A stretch of DNA of 51,074 nt. Source: Psammoneis japonica (taxonomy: Eukaryota). The translations under genes and the position numbers were made by a program. Where the stretch lies: assembly GCA_008632985.1 (NCBI GenBank), contig QPGO01000220.1, positions 62,001 through 113,074 on the forward strand, written 5' to 3'. Position 1 is the first letter of the stretch; each line of letters begins with the position of its first letter. Shown here in pieces: positions 36,005 through 45,290 of the stretch. A model generated the notes under the pieces. It searched no databases and was not told the origin of the DNA. It was given only the letters and a program-made list of their open reading frames with translations.

Positions 36005-36289
36005 ACTTAAGACGTCCTTTGTAGTGTTATGAATCCTTTTCGGAACAAGCTTCGGTTCGTTCTTGTGTTTTTGTTGTCGAGTCGAGTGTCAAGTCGAGGA
36101 TATCTCATTCCCGCTTGTTGTGACTCCCGCGCACAATACTATACTGTAGGGCCCTACCTCACGCACGTTTGACGTTCTGGAGTTCGACGCACGTTTGAAA
36201 AAATCCAAAAAGGACTAACGAGCAACCTGGCCAAACATGCACAATTTGTATTCTGTGCAAACGTTGAACATACACCAGCAGCCATTCTA

Positions 36290-37398
36290 AAACTGTGCCG
36301 TACAAGTACTACAACCAACACATCTAGCGCTGATCCGTCCATCCAAGAAATCATTCACAAGATCGACAACGAGTGGGGACCCTGCATCGGCCTGTACGTG
36401 CATGGCTCCTCTGTCTTTTTGGAAAACACGCCAGGATACACCCCAAAGGACATTGACTTGTTGGCCATTGTAGATGACGACGACGGCCAATTGAAACGAG
36501 AAATAAAATGCGCCTCTCCGGATTCCCAATTCGAATTCGGTCCGTACGAAGTGTCTGTCTATGCCAAGTCGTTTTGGTTCAAAAAGCTGGCGGCCATGGA
36601 TTTGACCATGATTACGTGTGCGTATCTGCCCTCTCGTTTCGTCCTAAGGGAATTGCAAGATCCGCGAATGAAACAATTGACATGGAAAGAAGCAGAGAGT
36701 CGGTTGGAGCTCGTCCAGTCGGTGTGGAGTTATGCGAATACACGTGGATCAAGGCCAAACGGGTACTGGATCGCTGGGAGGATCCCTACAAGTCGAGCAA
36801 GAACGTGTACTTTGTCTTTCGTATTCTAGAATTGGGCTGCCAATTGTTGACTCACGACAAAATTGTGGATTTCGATGCGGCCAATCACCGATACGTACAA
36901 ATCCAAAATCTCTACCAAACCTACAACATTCAGCCGGGGGAGTTTGCAGTCGTTGAGGCTGCCCTGGCACGTGCCTATGAACAAGAAATCTCTCGCTTCC
37001 AAGCGACCGTATCTCAGCAACAGCCGAAACTTGCGCTTACTAAAGGGATTGATCCTGCCAACGCGCAAAGAAAGGACAATTGCAGTATTTGCTTTGGTCC
37101 CTGCGAGTCGGCGCAGAAAGCAAGCGATGAGGTGGAGGTCTCGAGCAACACTTGCACTCTGCTATGCGGCCACAGTTTTCACCTGGAATGCACTATCCAA
37201 TGGATTCGTCACGAAACGAGTAGTACTACGTGTCCATTGTGTCGGCAGGAACTTTGTACCAAAATTGATCGCAAAGCAGCCATCCAACGAGAGTTGGAGC
37301 GTCGAGGGGTTCCACCACGGCAATTCACAGGGTATCCCGCGACCATTGTAATTGAGAATCAAAATGATCAAAATTCCTTGCCCATCACGGCCCCATGA
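36290..37398 (+). CDS. Pol-beta-like nucleotidyltransferase domain fused to a RING-H2 finger (frameshift about 36732; start uncertain)
   Basis: YVHGSSVF...TPKDIDLLAIV (GS...DxD); WIKAKR...YKSSKNVYFVFRIL; C-terminal CSIC...CGHSFHLECTIQW...CPLCR. Confidence 0.7.
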
Positions 37399-37610
37399 AT
37401 TGATTGAAAGAATGGTAAAGAGTACAGCAATCGTCTCTTGTAAGAGTTGTAATAAGATATTTTCTTTTCCCTTTTATGGAAGCTAGGGTAGTGTTTGTCT
37501 CTAACCTAGCGAAGACTTTGTATCTGCCTATGCTATGGAGCAGCGCGGGGGAGTTCGGCGTATCCGAAAGGACAGACAGGCGAAAGAACCGGGGAACGGT
37601 CGGTCACAAC

Positions 37611-37700
37611 ATGTACGCAAAAGTCGCACAAATAGCTATAGCACACATTCAGTAGAGAGCAAAACCTTGCTTGGACTCCGAAATGGAACTCAACTTTAAC
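37611..37700 (+). repeat. 90-bp dispersed direct repeat, copy 2
   Basis: ATGTACGCAAAAGTCGCACA...GGAACTCAACTTTAAC matches 31776-31865. Confidence 0.9.
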
Positions 37701-38638
37701 CTTCTGAAAAGATAGCCTTGAAAGCATACACGTAGAAACTGCTACCATCCCTTTGGGGCGTAATGTACCAGTACATCGCAGAAAAGTTCAAACCAAGAGG
37801 CAACCGCAAGAATACAAGAGCCACCACTTTGACAAGTTCGAGTACTCCGTATGCTGAATGCCACTTCTTTGAAGGCATGGAATCCTTGCGCTCATCCACA
37901 TCACGAGAAACCTTGTCGAGTTCTTTTTCTTGCTCCTTACTCAAGAGACCATCTTTCACGTCTGGCGGGAGACTTTGAAATCCCTCTACAATTCGTGCCT
38001 TGGCTCGCAGATAGAGGCGGGGAGCAACGAAGAGCGCTTCTCCCACCAGGCACGCGGTTGCAATGGTTAGAGCCGAAAAGCGTGGCCTCCATTTAAATCC
38101 ACTCGCTAGTAGCCGTGAGCACGAGAACCACAGAGCCGTGCACATGCCGAGTTCTGCGGATTGGAGCGCGGCAAACACGTGGCGACCCACATCGACGGCA
38201 ACATATTTGTTAAGAAACGGCGCTTTGAACTTGACCCAAGCTTCCATGAATGAAATAGCCAAGACAAAGGATGCCCACATTATCGCAATTCCAACTTGAA
38301 ACAGGCCCTGCTTTTCAGTCAACGTGGACACGGCCATCCCAACCAATGCATAGAATGCAAATATACCTCTCTCGTGGGGTCGCGAGACTAGTGACAAATA
38401 ATTTGCCTTGTGCTTTGATGAAACCTTCTCCTTCTTGCGCATATAGTGTAACGCCGGCGCGAGGACTGCTGGGGCGGACTTGTTGGGTTGAACCGGCCGC
38501 TTGTGGTTGTTGACGACGATTCCGTACTTGCACATTGTTTTGAGTCGAGAATGTCATGCCGTTGGTATACGCAGATGCCACGTTCAGGATAACAAAGATG
38601 AAGCTGATAAGCCTTGGCACTTTAAAATAAGATAGCAT
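37696..38638 (-). CDS. DUF4149-like small membrane protein, probably plastid-targeted (frame break about 38370)
   Basis: LAISFMEAWVKFKAP...DVGRHVFAAL..AE and WHSAYGVLELVKV resemble the bacterial DUF4149-type family. The upstream frame from ATG 38638 has a signal peptide + ASAY. Confidence 0.65.
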
Positions 38639-38762
38639 TGGCTTGGAGCAATACCATTCACGTTACTGTGTGAAAAAATGTTTCGCAGGTTGTTCAGTTC
38701 GTTGTGATCGTTGATCGCAATCAAGCACAGTCAAGGGCGAAAACGGAAAAGATCGAAGAAGT

Positions 38763-38924
38763 TGCAAGGTCTAACGAGATAAAGACTTTAGTGATAACAA
38801 AATTGTGAGCGAAAGACCGAGGTAACGAGGGTCGCTTTCAGCGAAGCCCGTTACAACGGCTTCCGTTATATCTAATAGATTCATTAATACTATATATCAG
38901 AAAAATAGGGTGCGAGACACTGCA
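38763..38924 (-). repeat. 3' LTR (retains 16 TpA)
   Basis: TGCAAGGTCTAACGAG...GAGACACTGCA, direct repeat of 43994-44155; adjacent to the PPT. Confidence 0.97.
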
Positions 38925-38936
38925 CTCTTCCCTTCC
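38925..38936 (-). other. Polypurine tract (GGAAGGGAAGAG)
   Basis: CTCTTCCCTTCC on the + strand, immediately internal to the 3' LTR. Confidence 0.9.
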
Positions 38937-39037
38937 ATGGTTCGAGTGTCGAGAATCATGCGGGACTCAAAAATTTTCAAATTCCAATGGATGAGGATAG
39001 AAGGGAAACCCAAATGTTGGGGAGAAAACCCTTAACC

Positions 39038-42000
39038 TCAGGTACGATACGGTACGACGCGACGAATATTCAATCGTTCTGTCACATGAGGTGCACGTTG
39101 GACCGTGATCGTACCGTTAGCGTGTACTTGAACGACAGGATGTGGACCGTGAGCTCGTGGTTCGAGCTTGGCAGGATCGACAGACTTGAGTAGAACGTGT
39201 CCACCAACTTGAAAATCGTAGGATCGGCGTTTAGCGTTGGCTCGACGGAGATTCGCATTAACAATCGCTTGTCGGTGTTCTTGAATGGCAGCAAGATCGG
39301 CTAGGACCGGCAAGTCAAGAATCATGTCACGTTGAAAAACCATGGCACCGGGTGAAATCTTGAGAGCACGAGAAACCGCACATCGCATTGCATGCATGGC
39401 GGTTGCCAATGCATTGTCCACTAGTTGATTAGCCTGCTCAACATTCTGTGGAGGATAAACATGAAGCAAAGTGCGCAAGACATTTCCAACAGTTTGATGC
39501 ATGCGCTCGCATGCCGCATTGGCTTGTGGATTTCGCGACGTAGTCGGAGCGTCTTCCACTCCCGCTTGTTGCAACAGCAATTGGAAGTCCTCTCCAACGA
39601 ATTCTCCACCATCATCATGGATACAACGGTCAGGACGAGGACAACGAGACAACCAACAATTTTCAAATTGTTGGGCAATGTGAGACGAGGTTTTGTTTTC
39701 GATGCGAATGAGTTCAGTCACATTCGAAACGGCGTCAATGCAAGTCAAAGCGTTGAATTCGGTTTCATGGTTTTGAATTTCAATCTTCCAGGGACCGATG
39801 AGATCAACCGCAACTTCCGTCCATGGCAACAAAGGCGCTTCTCGTTCAGGCAGGTCCCCACATCCAGGGCCCAAAGTTTTCAAACGTTGACAATCAGCAC
39901 AATGAAATCCTTCACAGGATTGACGAAGGGCAGGATGACAGAAATGTGCGCCAACAGTGGAATGCATTCGGTGCACTCCTGCATGTCCCAAAATTCTGTG
40001 ACACCATCGTATGATGTCATGCAGCAACGCCGTTGGAACACAAATTTTCCACGCAGTCGGAGGATCATTCGGTCGAGCACGACAACAAATTACAGGACGC
40101 TGATTCACACATTCCACCACGAAGCGTTCTGGATGTTGTTGTCGCATGTTGTTCAGCTCCACGTCGATGAATTGGTGTTCTTGAATTCATTGCACAGTTG
40201 CAGGGTTTTGCATTTTCCTCGAGAGAAGGACAGTTCAAAAATGATTCACACAATTCGGGGTCGTCCACGACGGAAGAGTAAAATGGAGATGGTTCTTCAC
40301 GACGATAGGAAAAATGAGACACACGGTTTTGGTCGTCCAGTTCTTCTTCATGCGGCAGCACAGCAAGGTCGATCGCCTTAAAATCAATCAGTTTGCCCTT
40401 GTCAGGAGCACACTTCCCTTCCGCAGGAGGGTCCATGCGCGGCAATCTTGAAAAACAATCCGCCAAGAGGTCATCTTTGCCATCAACGTATTCGAAAGTT
40501 GGGGCAAAATCTTCCAAGAAGAGTCGCCCCACCTAAGAACTCGTTGAGAATTGAGCGTGCGAAAGGTGAGATTTTTATGATCTGCAAAAACAGTGCAGTC
40601 AGCTCCGAATGACATGCTCCGAAATTCTTTGAAACACATCACCACCGCCAACAATTCCTTTTCAATCGTAGAGTAGTTCTGTTGTGCTGCGCTGAGTTTT
40701 CGGGACCAGCAAGCCACTGGTTTCCCGTCTTGCACAATTGCGGCTCCCATCTGATGGTCCGAAGAGTCAGTGTAAACATGGAATGGTTTGTTGTGATCCG
40801 GGTAGACCCAAAGGGTGTCATCCAGCATCAAGGTTTTCATGTCTTCAAAGGCTCGTTGACATTCAGGGGTCCATTCCAACTTGCTCTTGCCTGTTAACTT
40901 CGTGAGTGGAGCGAGCACGTGTGAGTGACGAGGCCACATGTTGCGACAATGAGTTGCCGCACCGATGAACGATCGTAGTTGCGTCACAGTTTTAGGTGGT
41001 TGCATTCGCAGCACCGCTTCCACTTTCTTCTTCCATGGTCGGACTCCTGCAGGCGTGAGCCAATGGCCTAAAAAATCCGTCTCTTGGACACACCATTCGC
41101 ACTTGAGTGGGTTAATTTTCAGGTTGTTCTCTTCTAGTCTGGATGACAGCTCATTGAGTCGATGCATGTGAACATCAAACGAATCATCAAAAATTGAGCA
41201 ATGTCATCGATGTAAGTTTCAACATCAATTCCGTTTGCCACTTTTTCAATGATGGCTTGAGCAATGTCGGGAGAGGGTTTCAAACCCATGGCCAATCGAC
41301 AGCATCGAAATTTTCCAAACGGAGTGACGATGGCACACAAATCCTTGGATTCTTCGTCAAGTTCGATGTGACAATAAAACACAGTGAGGTCCAATTTGGT
41401 CAAGTGCTTGTGTCCCGAGCGTCGGTGAATGACGTCTTGAATGATCGGCAGAGGATGGACCTTTCGCTTGAGCACCTTGTTCAACTCTCGAAAATCGGAT
41501 GCCCATCGAACTCGTCCATCCTTTTTGGGAGTTGCAAAAGTTCCGGCTGCCCATTCAGTTGGTCCCACTGGTTCCAGTGCGCCAACATCACACAAATGCT
41601 GCAGTTCTTTCTTAAAAACGGCTTCATCCCTCTTGGACACCTCATGAGCCTTAGAATGGAAGGGGACAGCGTTGGGATCAACTTCCAAGTGAACAGTCTC
41701 ATGCGGACATTTGCCAAGCGTTCCATCAAAGAGGGTTTCATGCTTTTCAAGCACTGCCTGTAGCTCATCACGTTGTTCTTGAGTCAAGTGAGTTTGAGCT
41801 TGCGCCACTTTCGCGGATGACACTTTCTCGCATTTGGCGTCCATCATAAAAGATTGTCCGAAGGCTTCCTCATCGTCTTCGTCCCTCTCCGTCGTCTTCC
41901 AGTGTATCCAACCAATTCTGAACTGAGTTCCAATGATTGGATTGCTTCATTGGGATCGACATTCCCAACCACTTTGTCACTCCAAATCGAAAATCAAGCA

Positions 42001-42538
42001 CGATTCCGGCCTTCGACAAAAAGTCTTGTCCCAAAATTATGTCATGCTTGCATGGGGCATCAAAAACTTGAGCCGCAATGCTGTCGACTTGTTTTGACTT
42101 GTCAAATTCTGGCAATGTCAAGTCCTTCACAATGACGTGTTGGGAGGATTCATGTCGTCCGGCTGCCGTCTGAAAGCTCAACCGTCCTTCATCGTTCATG
42201 GTCGGATTCGCTCCCTTCGGCAAAACTCGAGAATGAACAAGAGTGTCAGCACCTCCTGAATCCAATGACACGCGCGACACTCGCTTGCTCTCTTGATTTT
42301 GAATGGCACGCGCCGCCATCAACGTCGTTGGCACCACATTCAATGGTTTGGGAGTCGCAGTTTTAGGGGTTGGTGCAGCGCACTCCAAAACGCCGCCCAA
42401 TTTTTCTTCATTCACAGCATGAGATTCCATCAGGTCTCCCACATTGTCATCAACATTAAAACATGTGTTTTCTTCACAATCACACGAAACATAAAAAGAT
42501 TGAGCGACACGCTCTGACTCGGGCGCTTCCGTCCCTTG
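39038..42538 (-). pseudogene. pol: pol: aspartic protease, reverse transcriptase, RNase H, integrase (several frameshifts)
   Basis: [55 protein letters not shown]...[21 protein letters not shown] zinc finger, VAVDLIGP, IHDDGGEF, NPQANAACERMH, and GPH (GPY module). Confidence 0.95.
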
Positions 42539-43760
42539 TCAATTACGCCAACTTCGTTGGCCTTGATGGGTGCGACCATTCTGATCGCATCCATTTCCAC
42601 CTCGCATCTCACGAGGCCCTCCTTGATCAAAATGGTGCGACTCCATTTGCCAGTCACCAGGAGGAGCTGCTCCAGCCGGATTTCCATGGCCTTGGGTGTC
42701 ACCGTTGGCTTGGGTGCCGTTTTGATTTTGACAATGGGATCCATTCCCTTGAGAATTCTGGGAGTCATTACAATTGCCGTAACCTCGGCCTCCATGTCCT
42801 CCTTGATTGCCACAATTGCCACGTCCTCGACCTTGGAAGTTGCCACGACCGCCTCGACCTTGGGGTCCTCTGCCTTGGCAGTTTCCTCGGCCTCCACCAC
42901 GGCCTCCGCCACAACCGCCACGGTCGGACCTCGGCCGACAGTTTTGGCTTTCTGGATTCAAAATGCAATCCTTCCACTTGTGGTCGTGATTCGCATGCAC
43001 CGGGCATCTAGATTCTGGATCCGTTCCACCACTGTTGCCACGAGAGCGTCTTGAAGCTTGAGACGAAGCACTGTTGCCTTTCCTCTTCTTGTCCTGCTTC
43101 TTGTTGCTGCTCTTGTCAGCAAAAGATTTCTCATTGTTCACACAACCAATGATCTCAGCGAGAGTGTCGTTCGCTGTCGCTCGTCCTGCTCGAGTGTGCA
43201 TCTCACGCCACGGACGAGGGAAGCCATCGAACATCATCTTTTTCTTCTGAGCTTCGTTGACTTGAGGAGCATTTCCCGGAAGTTTGTTGGAGCACCGAAT
43301 CAAGGTTTCCATGCGATCCGCATGCGCCTGCACTTCAGATTTGAATGGTTTTTTCAAAGTTGGCAAACATTCAATCATCGCATCACGCGCTTCATTGTCA
43401 CAATGAGACAAGTAAAAACGATTGATTTCCTGATCAAAACGCTCGACAGTTTTATCGGCATCATCAATTGCATTGGTCAAATTCGCCCATTTGTCCTCTG
43501 CCGCATCCGCAAGCACTTCCTCGAAATTTTCGAACAACTCCTCGCCAGCAGCACACTCCAGTTTCACAGCAATTTTACGAAAACGATCCTCAACGAATGA
43601 CAATGCTTCAACACCATGAGTGCCATCAAAACGCGGACACTTTTTTGTACGAGTGCTGCCGTCATCACACGATTGGGTCAATTTCACGTCCTCCAAGTCA
43701 GAATGCTCAAATTTAGCTTCGTGGCTGATGCAAGGCTCCTTCAACGATTCACTCATCATG
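42539..43760 (-). pseudogene. gag: gag with CHHC zinc knuckle and Gly/Arg-rich tail
   Basis: CPVHANHDHKWKDC, basic KKQDKKRK and RGG repeats; located between the 5' LTR and pol. Confidence 0.85.
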
Positions 43761-43993
43761 AAAAAGGGAATGCAATTGTTCAATGGTCCTTTCCAGGGAC
43801 TCTGCCTTTGACTCCAAATGATGCACTCGGCTCGCCAAATTCTGCTCGTGTCGTTTGCACTGTTGCACTTGTTTCTGGTGCTCAATGGCCCAAACTGCTG
43901 CTCTTGCACGCAGTTCTCTTTTCTCACGTTCAGTCAATTTGTTTGCATTGTTCCCAGTCTCCATCCAGTTCTTTGAATCGACTGTAATTACAG

Positions 43994-44155
43994 TGCAAGG
44001 TCTAACGAGATAAAGACTTTGGTGATGACAAAATTGTGAGCGAAAGACCGAGGTGACGAGGGTCGCTTTCAGCGAAGCCCGTTACAACGGCTTCCGTTAC
44101 ATCCAATAGATTCATTGACACTGCATGTCAGAAAAATAGGGTGCGAGACACTGCA
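43994..44155 (-). repeat. 5' LTR (10 of 16 TpA converted)
   Basis: Direct repeat of 38763-38924 with 10 transitions, followed by TSD GAAGT. Confidence 0.97.
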
Positions 44156-44203
44156 GAAGTCACCCCAAGCTACCGGCGTGCGCAGATGGACACCGATGCC
44201 ACG

Positions 44204-44511
44204 AATTGCTGAACAATTGCGCGACACACGTGCCCGAAGGGTGATTGTTGCTTCGGGCACGAAATTCGAGCTTCGCGCACGTAGAGACCGTAGAAAACAT
44301 GCCAGCATTCGAGAATGTCCGATTTGTGTAGATCACACAGCACAGCACCACAGAGGTCATTGATGAAATTACTGCAACGACTCATGCGACTACAATGAGA
44401 TTTTCAACACCACACACTGTGTAGAATGGACATCTGCGCGAAGGAAGAATGTTGCTTCGGGCAACGACATTCGACCTTCGGGCATGTGTATCGCGCAATT
44501 GTTTTGCAATT
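44204..44511. repeat. Inverted repeat (about 37-bp arms) with internal direct repeats
   Basis: AATTGCTGAACAATTGCGCGACACACGTGCCCGAAGG (44204-44240) vs CCTTCGGGCATGTGTATCGCGCAATTGTTTTGCAATT (44475-44511). Confidence 0.8.
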
Positions 44512-44669
44512 TGTAGCAGCGCAGATGGACACTCAAAAGGTCATTTTGGGCGTTTGACCTTCGTGCGAGTCATCCGAGAGCACGCGCCGAAAACAACACA
44601 CAAAACGAAGCGAAAGAAAAGAACGATCTCGGATGAATGCAAAAGCTCTTCATTGCCACAACAAAAAAC

Positions 44670-45290
44670 ATGACCAAAACAGATGGTGATGCCACCATTA
44701 GAAGGTCTACAAAAGACAAATCACTTGAAACTCAGCTTCGCAATGCCGACCTCGCACAAGCCACCCGTCAACAGCAAGTCATTTTGAGAGATGCCAGGCA
44801 AATTCTCGACGACAGAAACAGCACTGCACGTGACTTGAAAAAGGCCAGCAACTGTCTGAAAATTGTTTGTGAAACACTCTCTATTGTTGAAAAAGCTGCT
44901 GTTGAATCAAATGCTGTTTGCAAAAGAATCCAAGATGCCGGGTGTTCCGCGTGCGCATCGAAGGCTCGCGGCTTCGGAGAATTGGAGCCAACGTCTCTGC
45001 CAAGTCCCAACAACAGGGAAGACAAAGAAAATGTCCCATCACCAGCAGCTTCCAGAAAGGCCAATGAACTCATTGAGCTGGAGCTGCTTGCCTTGTGCAT
45101 CAAGACGCCACCTCCTGGCGATCGCAAACTCTCGAAAAAACGAAAAGGGGACACGAAAAATTCAAACGAGTCAACTCAAAAGAAGAAGTCAAATGCAACA
45201 GCAAGATCCAAAAAGTGGCGGCGGGCATGTCACGTCGTGGTCCGTCATGCTGCACACATGGATCTTTTCGACATCGCACTGCTCGCCAAC
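44670..45290 (+). pseudogene. TpA-eroded coding sequence for a coiled-coil/basic protein, upstream of the RNase H copy
   Basis: Protein-like open frame (MTKTDGDATIRRS...KKRKGDTKNS) with no Tyr and almost no TpA. Confidence 0.4.

Larger units (their letters stand above)
38763..44155 (-). mobile_element. Full-length Ty3/Gypsy LTR retrotransposon (5393 bp), mutationally inactivated
   Basis: 162-bp LTRs with TG...CA ends, 5-bp TSD GAAGT (38758-38762 and 44156-44160), PPT, and domain order gag-PR-RT-RH-IN. Confidence 0.97.

Noticed and set aside
38763..38924. Classical RIP (CpA/TpG->TpA) acting on the 3' LTR
   Set aside because: Conserved Tyr->Cys/His changes in pol and RNase H, and regional TpA depletion, show the direction is TA->TG/CA.
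38763..44155. ADAR/APOBEC-type editing during retrotransposition
   Set aside because: Changes occur on both strands (A->G and T->C), differ between LTRs that reverse transcription homogenises, and extend into flanking non-retroelement DNA.
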